Of a DNA stretch of 64,000 bases, positions 39,675 to 49,228 are shown in pieces. A program made the position numbers and the translations under genes. Position 1 is the stretch's first letter, and each line of letters begins with the position of its first letter. The stretch lies in sequence record NC_061446.1; one strand, 5' to 3'. The notes under the pieces are model-generated. The model was not told the DNA's origin, did not search any database, and saw nothing but the letters and a program-made list of their open reading frames with translations.

Positions 39675-40357
39675 TAGTCTACTTCCTCCTCGTCTTCGAC
39701 AGCGTTGGCGCGAGGACCTAAGTCCATATCGATCTCAACGTTATCGGTGATTTCACCGTAGTTGTTAATCTTCGCCTGTTCCATATTAAAACCAATCTTG
39801 GTATGAATCGTGATTGGAATCTCAAGCTCGAAGCTACCTGGTGTGCTGCCGTCATCAAGGTCATCAATGTTAGGCAGAGGGATAGAGTCATCGAGTTTAA
39901 CGCGCACAGTCCATTTGGCTGTAGGCATCTCTATCGAGAAGCTCATGAGATCAGTCAGACCAGCAATAAGAGCCTGCTGAACAAACAACAGAGCCTCGTC
40001 GATGTTCATGAACTTAACGAACAACGAACCAGTGAGTGTCACAGGAAAGTAGTAGTTCGTCACAACGATGGCGTTAGTATCATCGTTGCCTAATGCCCAG
40101 CCTGAGCCGTGTCGTGCGATGTTCTTAATAGGAACAGACTCGTCACGGTTGAATGCCATTGTAGGCAACTTGAACCATCCATATGGATAGTCAGTGCTTT
40201 GATTGTTCGTTGCACGAATACCCTGCTTTGGGTTGTTATGCACAGACCAAACAAAACGCTTTAAGTTGAACCCTTGGCGGAACTGACGTTGAAAGCCAAA
40301 GATGGTAGCTTTCAGTGACGTACTGTTCTTGAGCATACCTGCAAGGTTAGCGCTCAT
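39674..40357 (-). CDS. Putative tail terminator/completion protein
   Basis: Position between head and sheath genes; beta-rich. Function is inference. Confidence 0.5.
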   Translation of the reverse strand: MSANLAGMLKNSTSLKATIFGFQRQFRQGFNLKRFVWSVHNNPKQGIRATNNQSTDYPYGWFKLPTMAFNRDESVPIKNIARHGSGWALGNDDTNAIVVTNYYFPVTLTGSLFVKFMNIDEALLFVQQALIAGLTDLMSFSIEMPTAKWTVRVKLDDSIPLPNIDDLDDGSTPGSFELEIPITIHTKIGFNMEQAKINNYGEITDNVEIDMDLGPRANAVEDEEEVD

Positions 40358-40373
40358 TTTCTTGCTCCAGATA

Positions 40374-40403
40374 CGAAAAAAGGGCGGCCGAAGCCACCCT
40401 TTT
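40374..40403 (-). terminator. Rho-independent terminator ending the head operon
   Basis: AAAAGGGTGGC-TTCG-GCCGCCCTTTTTT. Confidence 0.85.
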
Positions 40404-40422
40404 GGTTACCCTTAATCGGGTG

Positions 40423-40836
40423 TTAGTCGAGTCGTAAACGAATCAGTGAGGAAGGGGCGGATGAATCGGATTCGATTGCATCATCTGCATCGTCCTCTTC
40501 TTCATCACTAAGCTCGTCTTCCAATTCGTCTTCTTCGTCGCTATCAGAGTTAAGGCTGATAACTTCGTCGTCACACAACGACACGGCTGTTTCTTCCTCG
40601 GCATTAAGCTCTAAAGCAGCGGATAACGCAGCGACGGATTCGTTCAGTCCAGACGCGTTGCTCACAGAGTTTACCAAGCAAGAAGCCTGGAAGTTATCCG
40701 CGAGTTCGCATTCGAGAAAGTCCTCAGCGTCCGGCGCATACGCAGCTTGCGAGAGCAAACGCGCAACGTCAGTCCACTGTCCTTCACGCGCCGCGACGAT
40801 TGCCAGTGCAGCTAAGGAACCAGATAAAGTCTTCAT
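40423..40836 (-). CDS. Small acidic head-associated protein
   Basis: 137 aa, D/E tract, S-x-S motifs; downstream of the MCP. Confidence 0.7.
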   Translation of the reverse strand: MKTLSGSLAALAIVAAREGQWTDVARLLSQAAYAPDAEDFLECELADNFQASCLVNSVSNASGLNESVAALSAALELNAEEETAVSLCDDEVISLNSDSDEEDELEDELSDEEEDDADDAIESDSSAPSSLIRLRLD

Positions 40837-40886
40837 GCTTGGTCCTCAGTAGTGAGGGCAGCAAAGCCACCCTCGGCAATCAATCG

Positions 40887-41987
40887 TTAACCACGAACAG
40901 CTTTAGCTACAGAGCGCACGTTCGCCAGAGTGAAGGAGAAGGTGCTAGACAGCAGCCAGCCGCGGTCGGTGTTACCCTGGTTCGCGCCAGAAGTCGGGGT
41001 AGACTGGGTACCGCCACGAGTGGTGTACACTGCGTGGTAGTCCTGGTCAGCCAGAACATACAGTTCGCCGTCGTGCAGTACGCGGTGTTCCGGAGCGCGG
41101 AAGCCGTCAGTTACCAGTTCCATACCCAGCAGGGTACCCAGACGACCAGTGGTGATCAGGTCGTATTTGCTTACCGGGTCCAGAGCAGAGGAGAACTGAT
41201 CGTTACCAACGATATCGTTCCAGTAGTCCTGCGCCATCACAGCGGTGCTAACAGGCAGCGGCCATGAAGACACAGAATTTTTCAGAGTAGACAGCAGACG
41301 CGGAGTCAGGTCGCCGTGTACCCAGGTGATCGGGTTAGCAACACCGACTGCCTGGTCACAAGCGCGTTTCCACAGACGGTCTTCTGCAACCATGATAGAA
41401 GACAGGCCGTCCTGTTGAGCGCGGTCCAGCAGATCGCCGTTGATTTGGTCCAGGTCCATTTTGCTAACACGAATGTTAGATTTCAGTTCGAACTCAGCAG
41501 GCGTGTAAACACGGCCGCGGAATTGACGGTAACCGAAGTCAGTAGGACCGGTCGCGATTACAGCTTCTGCCTGGTGGATTTTCAGTTCGATACGAGCAAT
41601 GTCGCCCTGACGAACGGTAGCGCCTTTACAAACTTTGCGCAGCAGGCCAGCACGTTCAGCACGGTCTTCGATAGATGCAACGATAGAAGCACCCAGAGAA
41701 GCCCACTTCTCGCCGCTGCTATCAGCAACAGCTTCCTGAATCAGCTCGACTTTCTCAGCGTCGGTCAGACCGTTCTGAGCGCCAGAGTGAGAGTGAACGA
41801 GGTTGCCGTTGGCAGCTTCGTCCATCAGACGGCTGATGTTACGCAGGAGGTCTTTGTTCGAGTAGGCGTTGATTTCGCCGGTGCTCTCACTCAGAGCCAG
41901 ATCGCCTTTACCACCGAAGCGCAGGTCTTCGATTGGGGCACCGTTACGCAGAGTTACTTTAGCGCCGCGCATTAAGGAATTGTTCAT
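40887..41987 (-). CDS. Major capsid protein (HK97-like fold)
   Basis: 366 aa, strongly biased codons, IMVAEDRLW, GRLGTLLGMELVTD; follows protease, scaffold and decoration-like genes. Confidence 0.85.
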   Translation of the reverse strand: MNNSLMRGAKVTLRNGAPIEDLRFGGKGDLALSESTGEINAYSNKDLLRNISRLMDEAANGNLVHSHSGAQNGLTDAEKVELIQEAVADSSGEKWASLGASIVASIEDRAERAGLLRKVCKGATVRQGDIARIELKIHQAEAVIATGPTDFGYRQFRGRVYTPAEFELKSNIRVSKMDLDQINGDLLDRAQQDGLSSIMVAEDRLWKRACDQAVGVANPITWVHGDLTPRLLSTLKNSVSSWPLPVSTAVMAQDYWNDIVGNDQFSSALDPVSKYDLITTGRLGTLLGMELVTDGFRAPEHRVLHDGELYVLADQDYHAVYTTRGGTQSTPTSGANQGNTDRGWLLSSTFSFTLANVRSVAKAVRG

Positions 41988-42045
41988 TAGTTGCTCCTGA
42001 GAATAATCTCGTAGTTTCAGTTCAAACAGTTACGGTGCGCGACGA

Positions 42046-42753
42046 TTAGGCGCCGTAAGAGGAAGACATTTCGATGACAAGGAAGCCGCGCTCAGAAGTA
42101 GGCGCTTCTTTGATGACGCAGCCTTTCAGCTCGGTACCAGCACCGCCGATAGTCAGCAGACCATCCGGGCCCAGGCTCGGGTGCATCACGTTGTCAGCAG
42201 ACCAGTCAGCAGTCGGGTCAAACATAGAGGTAGCGATGTTACCCAGTTTGATATAGCCGATACGACCGGCGATGTTAGAAGCCAGGCCGCCGATAGGGGC
42301 GTCAGCAGTGTAAGAACGCGCTTCGGTAACAGTCAGCTCGTAACCATACTGGATGCGAACTTTCTTACCTACGTCGTCAGCGTGGAAGTACAGGTCAGCG
42401 CCCTGCACACCAACTTTACCGGCAGCAGATGCAGAAGCGGTAGCTTCCTGCTCGGCTTTAGCGCCGTCGACTTTAACCAGCATAGCGCCAGCGGTCGGTA
42501 CGCGAGAAGCAGTGAACTTTTTGGTAGAGTCAATAACGAACTCTTCCACACGGTTCATGTGCGAAGGAGGCATAGAGCGAGCCAGAGCGAAGCCCGCGAA
42601 GACTTCTTCGGCAGCGCCAGTAGACAGACGCAGATAGGAGTGACCGCCTTCGCGGGCCCAAACCAGTGCAACGCCTTCTTCGTGGATTACTTCGCCCGGC
42701 AGCAGGTCAGCTTCCTGGGTCTGTACGATATCGGTAGCATTTTGAAACAGCAT
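42046..42753 (-). CDS. Abundant head structural/decoration-like protein (start revised to 42753)
   Basis: GGAG SD before MLFQNATD; highly expressed-type codon bias; lies between scaffold and MCP. Confidence 0.65.
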   Translation of the reverse strand: MLFQNATDIVQTQEADLLPGEVIHEEGVALVWAREGGHSYLRLSTGAAEEVFAGFALARSMPPSHMNRVEEFVIDSTKKFTASRVPTAGAMLVKVDGAKAEQEATASASAAGKVGVQGADLYFHADDVGKKVRIQYGYELTVTEARSYTADAPIGGLASNIAGRIGYIKLGNIATSMFDPTADWSADNVMHPSLGPDGLLTIGGAGTELKGCVIKEAPTSERGFLVIEMSSSYGA

Positions 42754-42779
42754 GATGTTTCTCCAATAAGAGAGATTAA

Positions 42780-42787
42780 AAATTAAC
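42780..42787 (-). promoter_or_regulatory. GTTAATTT variant of the putative late-promoter motif
   Basis: One mismatch; 27 nt upstream of 42753. Confidence 0.45.
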
Positions 42788-42804
42788 TGTCGTGCAGGCC
42801 GCAA

Positions 42805-44820
42805 TTACATGCGGCGCAGACGGGACAGCTTATCTTCGAATGAGCCAGTGGAAGCTGAACTCTGGGATTGAACAGGTACGTCGCTCTGAGTCAGCAGTTC
42901 AGCGGCGTTGACCGGAGCTTTAGGCTGCGCGGCTACAACTTGCTGTTGAACAACTGGAGCACGTTCTGCGGTAACAGTACCAGCAGCCGCGTCGATAGAC
43001 TCAGAGATTTCGTTCTGCGCGACTTCGGACTTATTCATCAGGTCCATCGCTTTTGACAGCGCGGTCGTCAGGAAGTCTTTGCCGTGGGCGATGAATGCGC
43101 GTTCGACTACAGCGCGTGGTTCTTTGATGCCTGCTGCGGACAGCGAGCTAACCAGGCTTTCGACGATTGGGTTACGCACATCACCCCAGAAGTTTTTGGT
43201 AACGCCCAGCTGGGATGCAGACAGAGCAGCGACGAAACGATCAGTGTAAGCTGAGGTCGCTTCTTCGATAGTGCCCGTAACGTTCGCAGTAGCTTCGCTA
43301 ATACGTGCGTCAGATTCTGCCACCAGCAGTGCATCTACCGGCATTTCGATCTGATACGGCATAAAGCCGAATGCTTCACAAGTACCGGTCACTCCAGCGC
43401 TGTTAAGCGAGTGTGATACTGCACGGATGAAATTATCAGATGCGAAAGATTTCGCAGCGTTTTCTTCGCCAACTGCACCAGACACAGAAGCGAATGTTGC
43501 GCGAGCAATCGGCTGGCCGTCGTAGTACATATGTACAGTGTCGAGCTTGCCAACAGCGCGGCTCAGGCTAACCAGCTGAGGGTCAAGCGTGCCGTGTTGT
43601 GCTTGCGCGGTAGACAGGCTGTTGAAGACGCGGCTGACTGATTTGCTTTCAGAATCAAAATCATCTTCGTCATCGACGTCGAGATCATCTTCTTCCAGTT
43701 CTTCCTCGTCGTCGAGGTCTTCATCATCGAGGTCTTCATCCTCGTCAATGTCGTCTTCGTCTTCGAGATCGTCGTCAGAGCTGGATTCTGAATCGAAGTC
43801 CTCGTCCTCGTCTTCTTCTTCGAGGTCGTCCAGGTCTTCGTCATCTTCCAGATCTTCATCGTCAATGTCGTCCAGATCGTCTTCATCCAGATCTTCATCG
43901 TCGAGGTCGTCTTCGTCATCAATATCATCTTCATCATCGTTAGACGATTCAGAGTCGAAGTCTTCGTCCTCGTCATCAGATGAATCATCTTCATCCTCGA
44001 GGTCTTCTTCTTCGATAATATCAATGTCGCTGTCGTCGTCGCCAGATTGGGATGCAATCGGCTCGTCGACCAGCGCGGCAGAACAATGCGCACAGAACAC
44101 AGGCTCTTCATCAGAGCTTACAGTGAACGGCTGTTCGCAGTTAGCGGAGCAGCTATAGATGTGCGCTTCGACTTCGCCATTGGCGGCGTTGCTGGACAGA
44201 GCAGTGATAGCTTCTGGAGCTTCCTGCGCTTCGCAGTTCTCAACGGCCTGGCCGGTGTACGGGTCGAAGTTTACGGTAGTAGCAGCGTTGAAGCTACCAG
44301 TACCGGACAGTGCGGTAAACGCGTGTGCGTTGCTCAGAGCCAGAGCGAAGTTGCGTTGTGCAGCTTCGGCAGTCTCGCCGGTAGCAACCAGACCAGCGTG
44401 TTCAATCTGTTCGTCAGCAGAAGCGGATTCGGCCAGGAACTGAGTAACACGTTCGTCGGTGATTTCGGACAGGTCAGCAGAGCACGATGGGCAGCAGCCC
44501 TGAACCAGCGCGGCAGAATCAGAGATAACGTGGCTACCACAACCATCAAGACAGATGGTGTAATGAGCTTTCACATCACCAGCAGAAGACTGCGACTGGA
44601 CTTCGGCTTTCTCAACCAAATCAGGATGCTCCACCAGCAGTTCTTCACCGCCGTTCGGATTGTAGAGGTCAGCGCCACTTTGCGAAGCAAAGCCTACACC
44701 TTCAGCAGAACCATAAATCATCAGGTTCTGACCGGTTGCAGTGCGGCGAAAATTCTCTACTGCCTGATTATGGTTTTGACCGACACACAGGATACCCGCG
44801 AGTTGGGTAATCTTTGGCAT
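42805..44820 (-). CDS. Prohead scaffold/core protein with two Cys-rich modules and a long acidic tract
   Basis: GAGG SD before MPKITQ; CLDGCG...CCPSCS and CSANCE...CAHCS; ~125-aa D/E tract. Confidence 0.7.
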   Translation of the reverse strand: MPKITQLAGILCVGQNHNQAVENFRRTATGQNLMIYGSAEGVGFASQSGADLYNPNGGEELLVEHPDLVEKAEVQSQSSAGDVKAHYTICLDGCGSHVISDSAALVQGCCPSCSADLSEITDERVTQFLAESASADEQIEHAGLVATGETAEAAQRNFALALSNAHAFTALSGTGSFNAATTVNFDPYTGQAVENCEAQEAPEAITALSSNAANGEVEAHIYSCSANCEQPFTVSSDEEPVFCAHCSAALVDEPIASQSGDDDSDIDIIEEEDLEDEDDSSDDEDEDFDSESSNDDEDDIDDEDDLDDEDLDEDDLDDIDDEDLEDDEDLDDLEEEDEDEDFDSESSSDDDLEDEDDIDEDEDLDDEDLDDEEELEEDDLDVDDEDDFDSESKSVSRVFNSLSTAQAQHGTLDPQLVSLSRAVGKLDTVHMYYDGQPIARATFASVSGAVGEENAAKSFASDNFIRAVSHSLNSAGVTGTCEAFGFMPYQIEMPVDALLVAESDARISEATANVTGTIEEATSAYTDRFVAALSASQLGVTKNFWGDVRNPIVESLVSSLSAAGIKEPRAVVERAFIAHGKDFLTTALSKAMDLMNKSEVAQNEISESIDAAAGTVTAERAPVVQQQVVAAQPKAPVNAAELLTQSDVPVQSQSSASTGSFEDKLSRLRRM

Positions 44821-44896
44821 GGTTAAAACCCTCATAGAATTTAGTCGTTGAATCGACAGGTTGAAATTAAAATATGCAGAAAAAATTCAGGTATTT

Positions 44897-46021
44897 TTAA
44901 ATTTTTCTGCTATCAATGTCAGTCTGAGGAATATATCTGTTTTCGAAGTATTTCGAGACAATTTCAACACCATTTAAGGTATATACGTTGCGCAGGCTAT
45001 ATCCCCAAACCATCAGCTCCGCAAGCGTTGCGAAGTGCTCGGCGGGTACCGAACTAATGGTTCGCGCATTAAGCGAATCTGGATGGATTTTCTTACCCTT
45101 GATGGCCTGATCGAACTTCATGCGATCAACGTTACGAATCATCGTATGGTCCACAAAATGGGCCAGTTCGTGAGTAATAACGTGCGCCATACTCAGGCTA
45201 TTATATCCACCAAGTAAATGCACCAACTGCGCAGGATGGATTGAAATAGCGCCATACAGGAAGCCGTGTACGCGATACGTTGCGATATGGCTACCACCAC
45301 TATCCGAGTTAGCTTTTAACAGACCAACATACAGACGTTTGAATGGCAGTGCTATGTTCAGACCAATGCCAGGCATGACGTTTTCCTGAATGTCTTTAAG
45401 CACATAATCAGGAGGACTAACGCCGTTCTTCTCAAGCGTAACGCCCGGCACACGCAGGTCATCCATACCCATTATTTCAAGATGCACTTTACCGCACTTC
45501 TTAACAGGCTTGGTGGCGTAGTTGTTTGGCGTACCACCCGGATAAATTGCTGAGGCATATTGCAGTGGTTTGAAATTACCAAAATCAGGCATATCGTCAA
45601 CACGACGCTGAATAGCCTTTAATGAATCTGGCGTGTCTTCCTCAGCAGAGTCCTCAACAGATGCTTCCGGCTCAGGTTCTGGTGCAGGCTTTTTCTTGAT
45701 AGAAACTGGTTTGGGTTTTGGTGCTGGTGGCGCAGGCTTCTTCTGCTTCTCCTCATAAGGGGTGAAGTCAAAGCCAGGCTTAAAGAGCGCATCAGGTTTT
45801 GCAGTGAATGGGCGACTGTTCTGAATGAGCTTGTCACCGTCTTCTCCACTGATTGCATAGGCCTGATCGTATTTAGGATGGGCTATGTAGTACAGGTCGC
45901 TGTTCACTTTGAGAAGGCCAATGACCTCGCGCGGCTCCATGTGGACACCGTTTGAGATCATTGCCGCCTGACCGAGATAGCGATAGTACGAATAGTCAGC
46001 TATTGCTAAACCTTGTGGCAT
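44897..46021 (-). CDS. Shared-domain protein with a C-terminal HExxH zinc metallopeptidase (start revised to 46021)
   Basis: TGATG coupling to the protease stop; YYRYLG...REVIGL; VITHELAHFVDH (45158-45172) and a downstream AEHFA. Confidence 0.7.
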   Translation of the reverse strand: MPQGLAIADYSYYRYLGQAAMISNGVHMEPREVIGLLKVNSDLYYIAHPKYDQAYAISGEDGDKLIQNSRPFTAKPDALFKPGFDFTPYEEKQKKPAPPAPKPKPVSIKKKPAPEPEPEASVEDSAEEDTPDSLKAIQRRVDDMPDFGNFKPLQYASAIYPGGTPNNYATKPVKKCGKVHLEIMGMDDLRVPGVTLEKNGVSPPDYVLKDIQENVMPGIGLNIALPFKRLYVGLLKANSDSGGSHIATYRVHGFLYGAISIHPAQLVHLLGGYNSLSMAHVITHELAHFVDHTMIRNVDRMKFDQAIKGKKIHPDSLNARTISSVPAEHFATLAELMVWGYSLRNVYTLNGVEIVSKYFENRYIPQTDIDSRKI

Positions 46022-46800
46022 CAGGCCATCCTTAACAGATGTTCTTTGTATGTTGCAGCACACGCGAACGCTGGGTCGTCTACGCTACTGCACTCAAAGC
46101 CTGTCAGCATCTTGCAATCACGATAGACCAATCGGCCAGTACGCGCATCAAGATACGTTGGTTTGTTGAACGCCGTATGCGAACAGAAGTTACGATGTTT
46201 AGGCGTAACCAACTGACCACAGATACTGCACTTATACGCACGATAGGTTGTGCCTTTGCTGTACGTGTTCAGTTCACCGCTCATGATACGATCACAGCGC
46301 TCAGGACAACGAGAACGGTCGAAGGCCAGCAGCAACGTCAGACGCGCATGGTCACCACGGAAGTTCTTGAGCTTGGACAAGTTACTGTCGAAGATCATGC
46401 CCATGGCTTGGCGATAGTCTTTGTTGTTGTGTTCGATAAACGTCGGCTTACCAATGAACGTCTGATATGCAAGACGGCCCTGGTCAGGGTTGAACGTTAA
46501 CCACTCCTGCAGGCTAAACGCATCACCATTCGTGTTCGGCAGTTCAGTGATGTTTACCGGAACAGGCACGATGATGTAGTCGCGGATGTTGCGTGACGTG
46601 TTATACATCTCAGCCGCTTTAGGCAGCCACACGTTCACGTCAAGATTAAAAGAGCCTGTCTCAATACCGAAACGCGACGCATCCACACGGATAGACTTAG
46701 CTGTACGGCTAACATCTTCCTTGTGCATATCAATCGCGTTCAGTCCGACGAGGCCCATGTCCGAGGTATCAAACGACTCGGAGCGAATGGACTGGTCCAT
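46021..46800 (-). CDS. Prohead maturation protease (herpes/HK97-like serine protease fold, zinc-ribbon insert)
   Basis: PNTNGDAF, FIGKPTFIEHN, YSKG, CSICG...CSH, ECSSVDDPA. Confidence 0.8.
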   Translation of the reverse strand: MDQSIRSESFDTSDMGLVGLNAIDMHKEDVSRTAKSIRVDASRFGIETGSFNLDVNVWLPKAAEMYNTSRNIRDYIIVPVPVNITELPNTNGDAFSLQEWLTFNPDQGRLAYQTFIGKPTFIEHNNKDYRQAMGMIFDSNLSKLKNFRGDHARLTLLLAFDRSRCPERCDRIMSGELNTYSKGTTYRAYKCSICGQLVTPKHRNFCSHTAFNKPTYLDARTGRLVYRDCKMLTGFECSSVDDPAFACAATYKEHLLRMA

Positions 46801-46810
46801 CGTGTACTCC

Positions 46811-47242
46811 CTATTGGAATTTGTCGATATTGCTCTGCGTATTGGTCAAACGCACCTGACCTTCATCTGCTTGGAAGCAGTCAAGACCATTAACGCTGTT
46901 CAGCCAGTAACGTAAGCGGCCATTAGAAATTACTGCACTTTCGACAAATGCGGGAATTTCGAAGCCTTCTTTTGTCTTCACTAATACTTCGACGCCTGGG
47001 TAGAACACATCGAAGGACTTCGTGCTGAATATCGGTTTAACGATAGCAGATTCACAAACAGGGTGCTGGGCGTAGCGGCTGCTTATCATATAGATCGCCT
47101 CTTCCTTACCGATAAGGATAGAGTTGATAGTGCCACGCAAAATACACGGCGAACAGTGCTCCGAAGGAATTTCGAACGAAACAATGTCGCCTATGTTGTA
47201 GGCAAAAGAGAATTGCGGCATGTTAACCTCGCAGCGCACCAC
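46811..47242 (-). CDS. Hypothetical protein with two tandem SH3/KOW-like repeats
   Basis: YNIGDIVSF...GTINSI...IYMI and FYPGVEVLV...AFVESA...RYWL. Confidence 0.55.
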   Translation of the reverse strand: MVRCEVNMPQFSFAYNIGDIVSFEIPSEHCSPCILRGTINSILIGKEEAIYMISSRYAQHPVCESAIVKPIFSTKSFDVFYPGVEVLVKTKEGFEIPAFVESAVISNGRLRYWLNSVNGLDCFQADEGQVRLTNTQSNIDKFQ

Positions 47243-48104
47243 GCGCCCACGACTTAGCGAGAGCCAGAGTCATACGCGTCGGGTTATGAAGTTTGACTTC
47301 ACCTTTGTGGACGGCAGTGAACGGCTCATGAGGATTCTGACTGCGGCCAGAACGATAGGCAGCTTCATTGAATCCATCAAACAGCGTTACTACCCAGCCA
47401 GTGGATTTATCAGAGCATTCACCACAGGCTTTGTCCCACGCAATCTTACCGCACACACGTCCACCAGCGTTAATCGCATAACTGACCTGCTCAGTGCCTT
47501 TATAAATGTCAGAGGCTTTGAGCGTTTTGAAGGTCACACGCGACGATGATTCAGAGCGCGGCATCATCTTTTCTTTGATTGCTTCAACATCAAGCGAACC
47601 CCAGAAAGATTCAAACAGCGCGGCAAACTTCTGCTCAATAGGAAGTTCGATTGCGTTGATTTGTGCGATAGTGCTGGAGCTATCTTCCAGCACACGATTA
47701 AGGAAGTAGCCGCCTAAGATCACAGGCATCTGAGTGCCTTGTGAACCAGCAGTCAGGCCAGCCTTCTTACAGTAGATTTCAGACAGGCCGATAGCGAGAC
47801 GCGCAAGAGTCATGAACGTCTGCTTCTCGGTCGAGTTAGCAATCTCTGTATAGATACGCGCAGCGATGGCAGGAACAACAGTACGTTTCGCCACGCTCAG
47901 AATATCTTCCGGCTTAATAGGCTGGCCGAGCTTTTTACGCGCAGCCAATTCGAAAGCGTTAATCAGGCTGGCTTTGTTCGCTGCCGTCAACGACTCGCCT
48001 AACTTGATAGTCGTCAGCTCCGCGCTGCTCACTATCCCCTGTTGAGGCGTTTTCTCCAGTCGGCGTACTCCCGACGTCGATCTCACCAATCGCTTCACTG
48101 TCAT
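47223..48104 (-). CDS. Hypothetical protein (start revised to ATG 48104)
   Basis: AGGA SD 8 nt before MTVKRLVR; overlaps the GT gene 3' end by 146 nt. Confidence 0.6.
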   Translation of the reverse strand: MTVKRLVRSTSGVRRLEKTPQQGIVSSAELTTIKLGESLTAANKASLINAFELAARKKLGQPIKPEDILSVAKRTVVPAIAARIYTEIANSTEKQTFMTLARLAIGLSEIYCKKAGLTAGSQGTQMPVILGGYFLNRVLEDSSSTIAQINAIELPIEQKFAALFESFWGSLDVEAIKEKMMPRSESSSRVTFKTLKASDIYKGTEQVSYAINAGGRVCGKIAWDKACGECSDKSTGWVVTLFDGFNEAAYRSGRSQNPHEPFTAVHKGEVKLHNPTRMTLALAKSWARGALRG

Positions 48105-49212
48105 TTGTTTGTTCCTGAGTAGCAGGCTGCTGCATATAAGCAAGCAGACCAGAGTTCTGAATTGCTTCACCCAAATCTTCACCGCGGTGCATGGTAAGTT
48201 GGGCAAGGTAGTTGAGAGCAGGTTCAACCATACCGAGATTACGACAGCCCCAATAAGCTGTTTCGTAACATAGATCTAAATTAATAGAGGTCTGGTCAAA
48301 CAAGAAACTTTTTGGATTCTGCTTGGTCGCTTCGATGCCTTGAATAGCCATACCCACAGCATTCATCATATCGTTGTGACGATAGAAAATATCAGCAAGC
48401 ATACCGTAGCACTCAACGCGATCCGGGCGGAATGCAATCGCGCGATAACACGCAAAGATAGACTCCTGAGTGAATCCCTGTTTGAATGTTGCTTTCGCCA
48501 GCTCAATATTGGCAATAGCCACATAGTCAGCCCAGCGAGCAATGCCAGCGAGGCGATCTACTTCACGACGAGCATCATCAAGCAGGTCAGCACGATCACC
48601 GTAGCACACGGCATAGCAGAGTTCACGCGCATAGTAGAAACTGCAACGATCATCATGTGGATAATCACCCACATCCAGACCAAGCTCAAGCAGATAACCG
48701 CGCGGCTTTGTGTTGTCAGGGTAGTGGTCAGTTGCGAACGTTGCCTCTACAGTACGCAGACGCTGATCGGGTTTGCGCGACGACAGGACTTCATGCGCAC
48801 GATACTTCCAGAAGTAAGAGCGACGACGATACGCTTTCATCTGCTGGTAATGACTGTCACCGTTACGCATCAGAATCCAAACAGCTTCGGCATGTTTGAT
48901 GTGTTTGGTATTGCGAAGCGTCTCAACCCAATTAGGGTCATCGAAACGTTCGTCAATGTCAAGCCACACAACGAGGTCGTCCTCGGAGAACGGCGTAGCG
49001 GCCAGTTCACGACTCGCGCCCAGATTGCGCTCCTGTGATACGTCGAACACATGATACAGGTTAGGGTGCGTGAACGCCGAGATGATGTTCGTGGTTTGGT
49101 CTTCACTACCAGTGTCAACAATACTGATAGCATCGGCCGCAGCAACGTGCTCCAACCACTCACCGATGTTCTTTTCTTCATTACGGCAAATAGCCGCTAC
49201 GCAGATTCTCAT
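47959..49212 (-). CDS. Family 2 glycosyltransferase with C-terminal TPR-like repeats
   Basis: ICRNEEKNI, IVDTGSEDQT, DxD in WLDIDE, WKYRAHE, FYYARE, AIAFRPDRVECY. Confidence 0.9.
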   Translation of the reverse strand: MRICVAAICRNEEKNIGEWLEHVAAADAISIVDTGSEDQTTNIISAFTHPNLYHVFDVSQERNLGASRELAATPFSEDDLVVWLDIDERFDDPNWVETLRNTKHIKHAEAVWILMRNGDSHYQQMKAYRRRSYFWKYRAHEVLSSRKPDQRLRTVEATFATDHYPDNTKPRGYLLELGLDVGDYPHDDRCSFYYARELCYAVCYGDRADLLDDARREVDRLAGIARWADYVAIANIELAKATFKQGFTQESIFACYRAIAFRPDRVECYGMLADIFYRHNDMMNAVGMAIQGIEATKQNPKSFLFDQTSINLDLCYETAYWGCRNLGMVEPALNYLAQLTMHRGEDLGEAIQNSGLLAYMQQPATQEQTNDSEAIGEIDVGSTPTGENASTGDSEQRGADDYQVRRVVDGSEQSQPD

Positions 49213-49228
49213 ACATGCCTCATTTGGG

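Noticed and set aside
43589-44158. Plus-strand poly-Ser ORFs (also 52324-53136)
   Set aside because: Antisense shadows of D/E tracts.
44874-44910. AT-rich inverted repeat GCAGAAAAA...TTTTTCTGC
   Set aside because: Weak stem overlapping a stop codon; cannot distinguish terminator, operator or chance.
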